Numbered from the stretch's first letter, positions 1-10,567 are shown. The stretch: 64,000 bases of DNA from Comamonas sp. lk (GCA_945925985.1 CAMELV010000009.1:2569-66568); one strand, 5' to 3'. Notes: generated by a model not told the origin, from the letters alone. A program made the numbers and translations.

Positions 1-1065
1 CGCCCCCTGGCCCTGCTTGAAGCCCGCGAGCAACACGCCAAAGGCCAGATCAATGCCGCTGCCTTGCGCTTGGTGGAGGATCAGGCCATCAGCGACATCG
101 TCAAGTTCCAGCAGGATGTGGGCCTGAAAAGCATCACCGATGGCGAGTTTCGCCGCACCTATTTTCATATTGACTTTCTGGAACAGCTCGGCGGCGTCAA
201 GACCGACATCCCGATGACCATCCAAAAGCCCGACGGTACGCTGGAACTGGCCCCGCCCGTGATGCGGGTGGTGGACAAGGTGCGCCACGTCAAGGACATC
301 CAGTTGGCTGACTACCAGTACCTGGCCAGCCAGGTGGCGGCTGGCCACACACCCAAAGTGACGATTCCTTCGCCCACCATGCTGCACTTTCGCGGTGGTC
401 GCGCCGGTATCAGCCGCGAGCACTACCCCGAGCTTGACCCGGTTTTTTATGACGACGTGGCCAAGGCCTATGGCGACGAGCTGCGTAGCCTGGCCGCCGC
501 CGGTTGCACCTATGTGCAAATCGACGACACCAACCTGGCCTACCTGTGCGACGACAAAATGCGCGAAGCCGCACGCCAGCGTGGCGATGACCCGAATGAG
601 CTGCCCCACCGCTACGCTGCCTTCATCAACAAGGTGGTGGCGCAGAAGCCGCCTGGCATGTTGCTGGCCATGCACCTGTGCCGGGGCAACTTCAAGAGCA
701 CGCACGCCGCCAGCGGCAACTACGAGCCAGTGGCCGAGGCGCTGCTGAGCGAGATGAACCTGGACGCCTACTTTATGGAGTACGACGACGACCGCAGCGG
801 CGACTTCAAACCGTTGCGCTTTTTGCCTAAGGGCAAGACCGTGGTGTTGGGACTGGTCACCACCAAGTTCGACCAGATGGAAACCAAGGACGACCTCAAG
901 CGCCGTATCGACGAAGCCGCGCGTTATGCCCCTATGGAGCAGTTGGCGCTGTCACCCCAATGCGGCTTTTCCAGTACGGTACACGGCAACAACATTGCGG
1001 TGGAAGCTCAGCGCAACAAGCTGCGCCTGGTGATTGAGACGGCACGCGAGGTCTGGGGCGACTGA
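1..1065 (+). CDS. MetE C-terminal-like (cobalamin-independent methionine synthase II family) protein, 5' end outside window
   Basis: The frame of ORF 64..1065 stays open back to base 1. The translation has family-like HLCRGNF and SPQCGFSS motifs at the His/Cys ligand positions. Confidence 0.65.
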   Translation, partial: RPLALLEAREQHAKGQINAAALRLVEDQAISDIVKFQQDVGLKSITDGEFRRTYFHIDFLEQLGGVKTDIPMTIQKPDGTLELAPPVMRVVDKVRHVKDIQLADYQYLASQVAAGHTPKVTIPSPTMLHFRGGRAGISREHYPELDPVFYDDVAKAYGDELRSLAAAGCTYVQIDDTNLAYLCDDKMREAARQRGDDPNELPHRYAAFINKVVAQKPPGMLLAMHLCRGNFKSTHAASGNYEPVAEALLSEMNLDAYFMEYDDDRSGDFKPLRFLPKGKTVVLGLVTTKFDQMETKDDLKRRIDEAARYAPMEQLALSPQCGFSSTVHGNNIAVEAQRNKLRLVIETAREVWGD

Positions 1066-1150
1066 GCGCTGGGCGAAATCTCAAACAGAACCCGACGCTA
1101 CAGCGCCGCGATCAGGTCGACCGCCAGCTCGGCGTCGCTGTCGAGTGGTT

Positions 1151-2161
1151 TCAGACCGCGCGCTGCAGCTGAAAGACCGGCCGGCGCGCGCCCACTGTCA
1201 GGCCGCGCGCGTTGACCAGCGCTGCCGCTCGCCAGGCCGCTAGCTCGGTACGTTGCGCGTCGTCCAGCCAGCCCAGTTGTTCCATCACCTCGACACTGGC
1301 AGCAAACAGCGCGGGCTTGTTACCGTCTATCACCTTGATGGCAAAGGCCTCGCCCCGGCTTTTGCTACCCACCACCTGCACACCGTCAGCGCCCACCTTG
1401 CTGACCCAGTCGCCTCGCCCGGCCTGCATGAAGGCCAGGTCATTGCGCTTGGTGCCCGAGACCAGCTCGGGGTGAGCTGTCATGGCGGCGCTCAGGGCAG
1501 CAAAGCTCTGGCCAAACTCGGCATCACGCGCAGCGCTGGCCAGCCGGGCGTAGCCGTAGGCCAGTTTGGCCAAGGGCAGCGCGTAATTGGGCGCCGAGCA
1601 GCCGTCCAGCCCCATTTTGAAGTCGTTGGCATCCATGCCCACGGCGCGGGCCACATCGCGCCGAACAGCCGCTTGCAGCGGGTGCGCCGGGTCGATGTAA
1701 TCGTCCAGGCTCAGGCCGTGCTGCACGCAGTAGGCCAAAAACCCGGCGTGCTTGCCGCTGCAGTTGTTGTGCCGCTCGTCAAACTGCAATCCGGCTGGCG
1801 GCGCCTGGTCGAGCAAGGTGAACAGCCCGGGCACATGGCAGCCGCAGCGCAGCGCCTTGTAGGTGAGGCCGGTCTTCTCCAGCATGGTCTGCGTCTGGGC
1901 CACGTGCATGTCTTCGCCGTTGTGACTGGCGCACAGCATGGCCAGTTGCTGCTGGCCAAAGCCGAATTGGGCCGCGCCACCGGCCTCCATGAAAGGCAAT
2001 GCCTGCAGCGCCTTGAGGGTGGAGCGCGAAAAGGTGAGCCAATGCGGGTCGCCGGCCTGCGCCAGCAACTGGCCGCGCGTGTTGACCACGGCCACCGCGC
2101 CCAGGTGCAGGCACTCGGGCGTGCCGCCACGGCTGAGTTCGATCAGGGGGACAAGGTTCAC
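1151..2161 (-). CDS. Asparaginase II-like family protein
   Basis: The translation (LVPLIELSRGG...RSTLKALQA...CASHNGEDMHV...CGCH) fits the PF06089-type pattern. I chose the GTG at 2161, which sits 6 nt after a GGAG; the longer ORF extension to 2284 looks non-coding. Confidence 0.6.
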   Translation of the reverse strand: MNLVPLIELSRGGTPECLHLGAVAVVNTRGQLLAQAGDPHWLTFSRSTLKALQALPFMEAGGAAQFGFGQQQLAMLCASHNGEDMHVAQTQTMLEKTGLTYKALRCGCHVPGLFTLLDQAPPAGLQFDERHNNCSGKHAGFLAYCVQHGLSLDDYIDPAHPLQAAVRRDVARAVGMDANDFKMGLDGCSAPNYALPLAKLAYGYARLASAARDAEFGQSFAALSAAMTAHPELVSGTKRNDLAFMQAGRGDWVSKVGADGVQVVGSKSRGEAFAIKVIDGNKPALFAASVEVMEQLGWLDDAQRTELAAWRAAALVNARGLTVGARRPVFQLQRAV

Positions 2162-2352
2162 GGCAACTCCTGTGGGTGGGGATGACAGATGAGGGAAGGC
2201 AGGCGGGCGAAGGAAGCCATTGTCAGGCCAGTCTGGCCGAACGGCGGGTGGGGCGCTGTCTATACTTGAAGACATGCCCTTCACGCTCTCTCACGACCAG
2301 GTCGCCCGCTACCAGCAGGACGGTTTCTTGGTGCTGCCGGGCTTTGTTTGAC

Positions 2353-3261
2353 ATGGACGACGCTTTCAAGTCACAACTCTGCCTGCCCCTGACCGCGCCC
2401 CTGGTCAGTGCACTGGCCCGGATGACCGCGGCCATTGGCAGCGCAGACTGGTTCGATGCCGTGCTCAACCTGCTGGGCACGGTGTGCGCCATCGATTCTG
2501 GCGGCGCGATGGTCTACTTCCGTGAGCAGCGCCCACGGCGAATCCTGCACCGGTTTGACCCCTCGGAGCGGGCGCTGCCTGAGGATGCCTACCTGTCTGG
2601 CCCCTATGTGCTGGATCCGCATTACCAGCTGTTTGCGGCCGGTGCGCCCAGCGGTGTTCACCGGCTCACCGACATCGCCCCCGACGATTTTTTTCAGAGC
2701 GAGTACTACCGGGTGTTCTATTCGCAAATCGGGTTGTCCGATTCGATCGAACTGCTGTGGCGCATCGACGCAGACAGTGCGCTCAATATCTTCATCGAGC
2801 GCAGCATCCGTCACCCAAAGTTCCAGGATGCCGACACGGTGGCGATCAACACCCTGCTCCCGGTGATCTTTGCCTCTGCCGCACGCCACCATGAGCTCAC
2901 CGCTGCCGCCTCGCGGCGCGACACCGACAACTTGACCCACCGCAAGGTGCAGGCCACGATCGAGAACTTTGCCAGCTCGCTCCTGACACAGCGGGAGCGC
3001 CAAGTGTTGTTTTACCTGATCAGCGGCTACTCATCGGCACTGACGGCGCAGCGGCTTGCCACCACCGAGGGCACCATCAAGATCCACCGCCGGAACATCT
3101 ACCGCAAGCTCGACATTGGTTCGCAGGCAGAGTTGTTTTCGCTGTTCATCAACTGCATCCAGTTTGCTTTGCCCGAGGCGCCGGTTGACCCGCTGCAGAC
3201 CTACCAGTCGGCACCCCATGCGGCACGCACGCTCTCACTGCTTGGCGTGGCGCCGGCCTGA
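2353..3261 (+). CDS. LuxR-family transcriptional regulator
   Basis: The C-terminal LuxR-type HTH reads LTQRERQVLFYLISGYSSALTAQRLATTEGTIKIHRRNIYRKL. An internal ATG at 2353 was chosen as the start. Confidence 0.7.
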   Translation: MDDAFKSQLCLPLTAPLVSALARMTAAIGSADWFDAVLNLLGTVCAIDSGGAMVYFREQRPRRILHRFDPSERALPEDAYLSGPYVLDPHYQLFAAGAPSGVHRLTDIAPDDFFQSEYYRVFYSQIGLSDSIELLWRIDADSALNIFIERSIRHPKFQDADTVAINTLLPVIFASAARHHELTAAASRRDTDNLTHRKVQATIENFASSLLTQRERQVLFYLISGYSSALTAQRLATTEGTIKIHRRNIYRKLDIGSQAELFSLFINCIQFALPEAPVDPLQTYQSAPHAARTLSLLGVAPA

Positions 3262-3275
3262 GCGACCAGCCAGCT

Positions 3276-4829
3276 TCAGGGTCGCGGCGGGATGTAGATC
3301 CCACCCTGGTTGTCATGCAGCCAAGGGGCGATGTCCATGTCTCGGTCCAGCGGAAACATCGGGCGCGGCACTTGGGTGAATGGCAATGCGGCGTAATTGA
3401 CGGTGCACAAAGCGCCGCTGTCGCAGACGATGACTTGGCCTGCAATGGGCTCGAAGGCCGCACGGAAGTGCTGCATGGATTTCAAGGCCACCACGTCCTT
3501 GCGTGAGGGATCGATCCCGAAGGCCAGGAACTGTTGAAGGTCAAGGATCTGGGCCCGCACCGTCACCACCAGAATCTCGATGCCGTCCACCTGCGCCACG
3601 GCCAGCGGCCCCCAGGACCGCTGCAGGCCCCCGATCATGGCGCCACTGCCTGTGTAGTTACCGTTGGCATTGAGCGACACAAGGGTGCACGTCAAGGCAA
3701 GCGCGGTGCCGCCAACACCCGGATCGGTCTTGCCGCCGAGCTTGATCTGGACGGTGTCGCCCGGCGCATGGCCTTGCAACTGCTGCACAGTTTGGGCGTC
3801 GACCATGGGCCCGAAACAGGCGTTTTGCAAGCCGGCGTCCAGCATGGCCTTGAGCAGGTTGGTTGAGTCGCCATAGGTACCGCCACCCGGGTTGTCGGCA
3901 TAGTCGGCGACGATGATCGGGCCGCGACCCTCCGGGCGGTAGGCCTTGCAGATCGCCGCCGCCTGCGCCACGGTGTGGAACTGGTTGATGGCGTCGTGGC
4001 GGCGAGCCCAGATGTCGTCGGCCAGCTCACTGGCGAAGGCTGCATGGCGGGCCATGTCGCCTTGCGCGGTCACGGTCACGCTCGTGCCCACCTCGGGTAT
4101 ATTGGCGTGCGGGAACGCGCCGTTGATGCTGACCGCGAACACGTCGGCTTGCTGCTCATAGGCCCGCGCCCGTGCCAACCGGTCGACCATGGGCCCGATG
4201 TCGGTGCGCCCGCCGTTGGCCTCTTCCAGCATGGGGCGGGTCACGCGCAGTGTGACCGGGTGGATCTCGCCTTGCATCGTGCGCTGCAGGATGTCGGCGG
4301 CATGCCGCGCTGCGACCCGCATGTCGGTGTGCGGGTAGGTCTTGAATGACACGATGATCTGGGCCAGATCACACATGGCGCGGCTGACATTGGCGTGCGG
4401 GTCCAGGGTGATGCCAATCGGCAGGTCGGGGCCGACCACGGCGCGCAAGCGGCGCAGCAGTTCACCCTCGCCATCGCCACAAAAATCAGTCACCATGGCG
4501 CCGTGCAAGCCGAGCAAGATGCCGTCAAGCGTGTCGCGATGGGCTGCGGCCGCTGCCACGATGGGGTCGGTGAGTGTGTCAAAGGCCTCGCGCGTGACCA
4601 GTCCGCCCGGCTGGGCGTGGGCACTGATCACGTGCGTGACATTCCAGTTGTACGCAGAGCCGGCCTCCAGAAAACCGCCGAGCTCGGTGTTGTTGTCTTG
4701 ACGCGCCGCAACGGCCTCGGCGCCGTAGAGCAAGCCGCGTTCGGCAAAGACCGCCAGGTTGGTGGGCAGTTTGCAGAAGGTGTTGGTCTCGTGCAGAAAC
4801 TCGGCGGTAAGTACGTGGAATCGGGTCAT
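3276..4829 (-). CDS. M81 family metallopeptidase (MlrC-like)
   Basis: The N-terminus MTRFHVLTAEFLHETNTF and the overall length match the MlrC/DUF1485 family pattern. Confidence 0.7.
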   Translation of the reverse strand: MTRFHVLTAEFLHETNTFCKLPTNLAVFAERGLLYGAEAVAARQDNNTELGGFLEAGSAYNWNVTHVISAHAQPGGLVTREAFDTLTDPIVAAAAAHRDTLDGILLGLHGAMVTDFCGDGEGELLRRLRAVVGPDLPIGITLDPHANVSRAMCDLAQIIVSFKTYPHTDMRVAARHAADILQRTMQGEIHPVTLRVTRPMLEEANGGRTDIGPMVDRLARARAYEQQADVFAVSINGAFPHANIPEVGTSVTVTAQGDMARHAAFASELADDIWARRHDAINQFHTVAQAAAICKAYRPEGRGPIIVADYADNPGGGTYGDSTNLLKAMLDAGLQNACFGPMVDAQTVQQLQGHAPGDTVQIKLGGKTDPGVGGTALALTCTLVSLNANGNYTGSGAMIGGLQRSWGPLAVAQVDGIEILVVTVRAQILDLQQFLAFGIDPSRKDVVALKSMQHFRAAFEPIAGQVIVCDSGALCTVNYAALPFTQVPRPMFPLDRDMDIAPWLHDNQGGIYIPPRP

Positions 4830-4867
4830 GGGCTATGCCTCGAGTGTGGGGCCGGTTGGCCAGTGAA

Positions 4868-5875
4868 TCAGGACCCCAGGGGGTGGTGGCAGGCCAGGCT
4901 GTGGCCCTGTTCTATGCCATCCGGGTGGATGAGTTTAGGGCGCTCACTGCGGCAGCGCTGGGTGGCCTGTGGACAGCGGGCCGCGTAGGCGCAGCCGGCC
5001 GGCAAGTTGAAGGCGTCAGCAATCTCGCCGTGCAACAGGGTTACCGAGCGGCGTCGGCTCGGGTCGGGCTCGAAGGTGCTCTCCATCAGCGCCCGGGTGT
5101 AGGGGTGGCGTGGCGCTGCGGCCGGGTCGGGCAGGATCTCGACCACCCGGCCCAGGTACATCACCACAATACGGTGGCAAAAGTAGCGCACCAGCCCCAG
5201 GTCGTGCGAGATGAACAGGTAGGTCAGGCCCAGGTCGGCCTGCAGTTGTTCCAGCAGGGCGATGATCTGGGCCTGGATCGACACATCCAGCGAGGCCGTG
5301 GGTTCGTCGAGCACCAAAAAGTCAGGTTGCAGCGCCAAGGCCCGCGCAATGCCCACGCGCTGCTTCTGCCCGCCCGACAGCTGGTGCGGGTAGGTGTTGG
5401 CCAGCACCGGGTTGAGGCCGACCATGGCCATCAGTGACTCTACCTTGGCCCGGTTGGCCGCCTCATCCACCGCCAGGCCCTGAACGCGCAGCGGCTCCAG
5501 CACCGCATCGTGCACGCTGTAGCGCGGGTCGATGGACGAATAGGGGTCCTGGAACACCATCTGCATGCGCCGGCGCAAGGCCCGCAAGCCGGCGGGTGGC
5601 AGGCTCGCCAGGTCGGTGCCGTCAAAATGTACGCTGCCGCTGCTGGCATCCAGCAGGCGCAGCACGAGCCGGGCGAGGGTTGACTTGCCACAGCCGGATT
5701 CGCCCACCACACCGGTCACGCGGCCGCGCGGGATGTCAAGGTCGACATCGCTCACGGCTGCCAGCCTGCGCTGCTTGGCGAACAGGCCGGCCCGGCTCTG
5801 GAACACCCGGCTGAGGCCCCGGGTCTGGACCAGTGGCGACGGCTTGCCGTCCGTGCCGGCGAGCGCGTCAGCCAT
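4868..5875 (-). CDS. Peptide ABC transporter ATP-binding protein (DppF/OppF-like)
   Basis: Walker A is GESGCGKST and the ABC signature is LSGGQKQR. The start overlaps the upstream gene's stop. Confidence 0.85.
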   Translation of the reverse strand: MADALAGTDGKPSPLVQTRGLSRVFQSRAGLFAKQRRLAAVSDVDLDIPRGRVTGVVGESGCGKSTLARLVLRLLDASSGSVHFDGTDLASLPPAGLRALRRRMQMVFQDPYSSIDPRYSVHDAVLEPLRVQGLAVDEAANRAKVESLMAMVGLNPVLANTYPHQLSGGQKQRVGIARALALQPDFLVLDEPTASLDVSIQAQIIALLEQLQADLGLTYLFISHDLGLVRYFCHRIVVMYLGRVVEILPDPAAAPRHPYTRALMESTFEPDPSRRRSVTLLHGEIADAFNLPAGCAYAARCPQATQRCRSERPKLIHPDGIEQGHSLACHHPLGS

Positions 5876-6833
5876 GGGCCGCCCCGGCAGTGGCCACATG
5901 GCAGGCGATGCGGTGGGTGTTGTGCACTTGCGTGGCGGGCACCTCGGTCTGACAACGGGCCTGCGCCACGCTGCAGCGCGGGTGGTAGCGGCAGCCGCCG
6001 GCGTAGCTGGCCACGCTGGGGACGATGCCTGCGATGCCCCGCAGGCTGCCGCTGACCTGGCCGCTGCGCGGGATGCAGGCGATCAAGGCCTGGGTGTAAG
6101 GGTGGAGCGCCTGGGCAAAGATGGCCTCGACCGTGTTGCTCTCGGCGATGCGGCCCGCGTACAGCACCAGCACCTGGTCGCAGGCCTGGGCCACCACGCT
6201 CATGTCGTGCGTAATTAATAACAGCGCTAAACCGCGTTGGCGCACCAGGTCAACCAGGATCTGGATGATCTGGGCCTGAATGGTCACGTCCAGCGCGGTG
6301 GTGGGTTCGTCGGCAATGATCAGCTCAGGGTCGCCAGCCAGTGCCATGGCGATGACCACGCGTTGCTTCATGCCCCCCGACATTTGGTGCGGGTATTGGC
6401 CGTGCACGGTGGCGGCGTCAGGGATGCGCAGCTGTGTCAACAGCTCGATGCTGCGGGCGCGGGCGTCTGCTGCCGTCAAACCCCGGTGCAGGATACCGAC
6501 CTGGTCGATCTGTGCCCCCACCCGCTGGATCGGATCCAGCGAGGTCATGGGGTTTTGCGTGATGAGCGCAATGCGCCGGCCCCGCAGCGCGCGGTATCGC
6601 TCGCTGTCCAGGCCGACCAATTCGGTGCCGTCAAACCGCACCGAACCTTGGCTGACCCTGCCGCCCATGAGCGGCAGCAGGCCCATGAGCGCCATCGCGG
6701 TGAGCGACTTGCCGGAGCCAGATTCACCCACCAGGCCCAGGATACTGCCTTTGTCCACCGAGAACGTGACCCGGTCCAGCGGCTGCAGCGAACCGATAGT
6801 CACAGACAGATCGCGGACTTCAAGCAGCGCCAT
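5868..6833 (-). CDS. Peptide ABC transporter ATP-binding protein (DppD/OppD-like)
   Basis: Walker A is GESGSGKS and the signature is MSGGMKQR. A C-terminal Cys-rich oligopeptide-ABC extension is present. Confidence 0.85.
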   Translation of the reverse strand: MALLEVRDLSVTIGSLQPLDRVTFSVDKGSILGLVGESGSGKSLTAMALMGLLPLMGGRVSQGSVRFDGTELVGLDSERYRALRGRRIALITQNPMTSLDPIQRVGAQIDQVGILHRGLTAADARARSIELLTQLRIPDAATVHGQYPHQMSGGMKQRVVIAMALAGDPELIIADEPTTALDVTIQAQIIQILVDLVRQRGLALLLITHDMSVVAQACDQVLVLYAGRIAESNTVEAIFAQALHPYTQALIACIPRSGQVSGSLRGIAGIVPSVASYAGGCRYHPRCSVAQARCQTEVPATQVHNTHRIACHVATAGAAHG

Positions 6834-7684
6834 CAGTGGTCCCGCACCCGGTGGCGGATGTCAAGCGCATCAATGAGCGCGTCGCCAAACAGGTTGATGG
6901 AAACCACGGCAATCGCAATCGCCAGGCCCGGGCCGAGGATCGTCCACGGGGCCAGAAAGATCTGTGCCGAGCCGCTGCTCATCATGGCGCCCCAGCTGGG
7001 TTTTGGGGGCTGCACGCCCAAGCCAAAAAAGCCCAGGGTGGCTTCGAGGATGATGGCGTCGCCCGTGGCCAGCATGCCGGCCACGATCACCGGCGTGATG
7101 GCGTTGGGCAGCAGGTGCCGGAACAGGATGTGGCCATGGCCGGAGCCCAGGTTGACCGCCGCCTCCACGTAGGTCTCGCTCTTGAGCGTCAAGATCTGCG
7201 CCCGCGTCAGCCGCGCGAACTGGGCCAGGTAGGCGATGCTGATGGCCACGATGGTGCTGTACAGCCCCGCGCCGAGGATGGCGACAAAGATCAGGGCGAT
7301 CAGCACTTCAGGGAAGGACCAGGTCAAATCGACCACCGCCGTGACAGCACGGTCGAACAGCCCGCCGAAGTAGCCCGCGGCGGCGCCCAGGCACATGCCG
7401 AGGGTGACCGAGCCGCAAATGGCGGTGAGCGCCACCGTCAGCGAGGTGCGTGCGCCGTAAATGATGCGCGACAACACGTCTCGGCCGAACTCGTCGGTGC
7501 CCAGCCAGTGGGCCAGCGACGGGTCTTTGTTGGTGGCAGACAGGTTCTGGATGTCATAGGGGTAGGGCGCCACCCAGGGCGCGAACAGGGCGGCCATGGC
7601 GATCAAGACCAGCACGGCCAGCGACAGCCCGCCGCGCCAGGTGCGCACCGTGCGCCCAAGCGCTGAATTTTTCCAGCGGCTCAT
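6833..7684 (-). CDS. Peptide ABC transporter permease (DppC-like)
   Basis: Multi-span membrane protein of the BPD-transporter type. It overlaps its neighbours by 1-4 nt, indicating an operon. Confidence 0.85.
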   Translation of the reverse strand: MSRWKNSALGRTVRTWRGGLSLAVLVLIAMAALFAPWVAPYPYDIQNLSATNKDPSLAHWLGTDEFGRDVLSRIIYGARTSLTVALTAICGSVTLGMCLGAAAGYFGGLFDRAVTAVVDLTWSFPEVLIALIFVAILGAGLYSTIVAISIAYLAQFARLTRAQILTLKSETYVEAAVNLGSGHGHILFRHLLPNAITPVIVAGMLATGDAIILEATLGFFGLGVQPPKPSWGAMMSSGSAQIFLAPWTILGPGLAIAIAVVSINLFGDALIDALDIRHRVRDH

Positions 7685-8607
7685 CGTAAATGCTCCCGCA
7701 CGCGCGGGTCCATGCCGGCCTGGACCAGGTCACCCAGCAGGGTGCCCAGCATGACCGCGATGGCCAGCATCAGCAGGCAGCCCTGAACCACAGGGTAGTC
7801 GCGTTGCGCCAGGGAAGTAATTAGCAGCGAGCCCAGCCCTGGGCGGGCAAAGACGTACTCAATGGTGACGGCGCCGCCGATGATCCAGCCAATGCGCAGG
7901 CTCAGGATGGTCACCACCGGCAGCATGGCATGGCGCAACACATGCTGCAGCTGAATGCGCTGATGCGAGAGGCCTTTGGCGTGCAGCATCAGCACAAAGT
8001 CCCGCCGGCTGATGTCGAGCATGGCGGCGCGAGTGACCCGCGCGACCAGGGCGACACCATGCAAGCCGATGGTCAGGACCGGCAGCACCATCGCGGTCCA
8101 GGTGCGCGCGCCGGACACCGGGAACCATTCGAGTTGCACCGCAAACAGCAGGATCATGAGCAGACCGAGCCAAAAGCTCGGCAGGGTGGAGCCCAGCAGG
8201 ATCAGGGCCATCACGCTGCGGTCGATCCAGCTGTCTTTGAACACAGCCGCCAACGCGCCGGTGGCGATACCTACGACGGTTGAGAACAAAAAGGCCAAGC
8301 CGCCCAGGCGCAGGCTGTGCGGCAAATTCTCAGTAATCAGTTCGAGCACCGGGCGACGCAGGATGATGGCGTCGCCCAGGTCGCCCGTACTCAGGTTGCG
8401 CAGCCATACGCCGTACTGCACCAGCAGGGGTTGGTCGAGTCCGTAGCGCGCGACCAGGGCGGCTTTTTGCTCTGGCGAGGAACCGATCTGAACCATGTTG
8501 TCGATCGGATCCCCGGGAACCCAGTGGATGATCAAGAAAATGACCATCGACACCGCCAGAAAAACGGGGACCAGCATCAGCAGCCGCCTGAGGCAATAGT
8601 TCAACAA
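7681..8607 (-). CDS. Peptide ABC transporter permease (DppB-like)
   Basis: The N-terminus (M)LNYCLRRLLMLVPVF is typical of DppB/OppB. The start codon is TTG. Confidence 0.85.
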   Translation of the reverse strand: MLNYCLRRLLMLVPVFLAVSMVIFLIIHWVPGDPIDNMVQIGSSPEQKAALVARYGLDQPLLVQYGVWLRNLSTGDLGDAIILRRPVLELITENLPHSLRLGGLAFLFSTVVGIATGALAAVFKDSWIDRSVMALILLGSTLPSFWLGLLMILLFAVQLEWFPVSGARTWTAMVLPVLTIGLHGVALVARVTRAAMLDISRRDFVLMLHAKGLSHQRIQLQHVLRHAMLPVVTILSLRIGWIIGGAVTIEYVFARPGLGSLLITSLAQRDYPVVQGCLLMLAIAVMLGTLLGDLVQAGMDPRVREHLR

Positions 8608-8670
8608 ACGGGGATCCCCTCCGCCGGCGTCAAACCCAGCAACAACTGCTGTTGGCCCGGAGCACCAACT

Positions 8671-10254
8671 TTACTTGACCTCGATGTCCATGATGGACTG
8701 GGTCGCCATCTTCATGCCGCGAATGGTCTCTGGCAGTTTCAGGCGCGTCTGGCTGTAGGCAAAGCTTTGCGTTGGCTGGTAGATCGGTGCAAGCGGGAAC
8801 TGCGACAGCACGTACTCGTGATACACCTTGAAGTTCGCCACACGCTCTTCCCAGGTGCGTGACTGCTTCATGGCCTTGGCGTTGAGCTCTTCGGCCTTGG
8901 GGTCGTTGAACATCGACACATTGGGGTAGCCCAGGCGGGTGGCACTGAAGAACCAGTCAATGATGTCTGCGTTGGTGTAGTCATAGGCCCGCACGGCGAG
9001 CTGGTGGTCCGTCTTCTTGCGGTACTGCGCATTGATAGAGGCTGGCTCATGCACGGTGATCTCGGCATTCACGCCCACAGCTTTGAGTTGGGCCTGAATG
9101 ACTTCGGTGACCCGCTTGAACTGTGTGCCGTTCTGGGTCCACAGCTTGAGCGTTAGCGGCGCGCCGCCTTTGGCACGGATGCCGTTGGCGCCCATGACCC
9201 AGCCGGCCTCATCGAACAGTTTCTTGGAGCGGTCGGCGTTGTAGCTGATGTTGAACTTGGGGTTGATGTTGGCCTCTTGCAGGGCGCTGACCAGGAAGTT
9301 GTTGGCCACCATGCCGAGTCCACCGAAGATGCTGGCCAGAATCTCTTTCTGGTTAACCGCCAAGGCGATGGCTTCGCGAACCTTGATGTCGTTGAGCGGC
9401 GCGACAGACGTGTTCATGGGCATGTAGAACACCTCTGTGCCGGGCATCGTCACGACCTTGAGCGCTTTTTCGGCATTGATGCGCGGCAAAAAGTCTGTGG
9501 GCACGCCCAGCAGCAGGTCGACACCGCCGGTCTTGAGCTCGAGGAAGGCCGTGGCGTCTTCCTGAATTTCGCGCAGGGTCAAGTTCTTGATCTTGGCCGG
9601 GCCGGCGTTTTTGGACAGGTCACTGGCCCAACGGTAGTCGTCGTTGCGCACCAGCTTGGTCTGCTGGCCCACGGTGAAATTGACCAGCTTGAACGGACCG
9701 CTGCCGACCGCTGCCGTCACGCCGAACTTGTCGCCCAGCGCCTCATAAGCCTTGGGTGAGGGGATGCCCATGAAGCTGGTGGCCATGTTCAGCAGCAAAC
9801 TGGGGTCCGGGCTCTTCATTTGAAAGCGCACGGTGTAGTCGTCGACCACGATGACCTTGTCGATCTCCTCGACCATGAACGCGTTCTCGGTGCCTTTGTA
9901 CTTGGGGATCCACCATTCGATGACCTTGGCGTTGAAGGGCTCGCCGTCATGGAACTTGACGCCACGGCGCAGTTTGAAGGTCCAGCTCATGCCATCCGGC
10001 GAGGCTTGCCAGCTTTCAGCCAGTTGCCCGTGGAAGGACTGGTCGGCGTCCTGGACCACCATGCGGTCGAAGATCAGGTTGTTGGCGATGTTGAGTTTGG
10101 TGCCCTTGATCGGGTTGTAGGTCGGGGCGCCAGCTTCGCGGGAGTTGAGCACGAAGGTGGCGTCCTGGGCCAGTGCCGGGCTGAAGGCGGTCAGGCTGCA
10201 AACACTGGCTGCGGCCAGTGCCAGATGGCGCAGGGTGCTGTCGAACGAAGTCAT
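8671..10254 (-). CDS. ABC transporter substrate-binding protein, family 5 (peptide/nickel type)
   Basis: The ATG at 10254 is preceded by AGGAGA. A signal peptide is present (ALAAASVCSLTAFSPALAQ), and the body resembles the DppA/OppA family. Confidence 0.8.
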   Translation of the reverse strand: MTSFDSTLRHLALAAASVCSLTAFSPALAQDATFVLNSREAGAPTYNPIKGTKLNIANNLIFDRMVVQDADQSFHGQLAESWQASPDGMSWTFKLRRGVKFHDGEPFNAKVIEWWIPKYKGTENAFMVEEIDKVIVVDDYTVRFQMKSPDPSLLLNMATSFMGIPSPKAYEALGDKFGVTAAVGSGPFKLVNFTVGQQTKLVRNDDYRWASDLSKNAGPAKIKNLTLREIQEDATAFLELKTGGVDLLLGVPTDFLPRINAEKALKVVTMPGTEVFYMPMNTSVAPLNDIKVREAIALAVNQKEILASIFGGLGMVANNFLVSALQEANINPKFNISYNADRSKKLFDEAGWVMGANGIRAKGGAPLTLKLWTQNGTQFKRVTEVIQAQLKAVGVNAEITVHEPASINAQYRKKTDHQLAVRAYDYTNADIIDWFFSATRLGYPNVSMFNDPKAEELNAKAMKQSRTWEERVANFKVYHEYVLSQFPLAPIYQPTQSFAYSQTRLKLPETIRGMKMATQSIMDIEVK

Positions 10255-10567
10255 GGTTTCTCCTGGAAGGGGCGCGCCGGGGTGGGCGCAAGGGGTTGTC
10301 ACGGGACCGTCATCTCGCAAGAGAATAGCGGGAATCCTCCCGGCCAAGCAGGACCCTACCCCCAAAGGCATAGCACAAATCCGCGCCAGCTGGCGCTTTG
10401 ATTGGGTTCTATCACTTTAGGGGTAGTTGCCGGGTGCGGGCCTGCTTTTGGTGCCGGTGTGCCCGGCGTTTTGTCTTATTCTCGTAGTCCCTGATCCGCT
10501 GCCCGTGCCTGTTGCACGTGGTGCCGGGCCCTGTTACCTAGTCCTGTTACCGAGCCCTCCCCACACC

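Noticed and set aside
1212-2192. Several long plus-strand ORFs (for example 1253..2185) overlapping the asparaginase-like gene. Similar shadow ORFs elsewhere include 12875..13675(-), 20968..22002(-), 37559..38599(-), 43466..44698(-) and 50258..51427(+).
   Set aside because: Their translations are Arg/Ala/Gly/Pro-rich with no recognisable motifs, and they lie antisense or out of frame to genes with clear family signatures. These are typical high-GC shadow ORFs.
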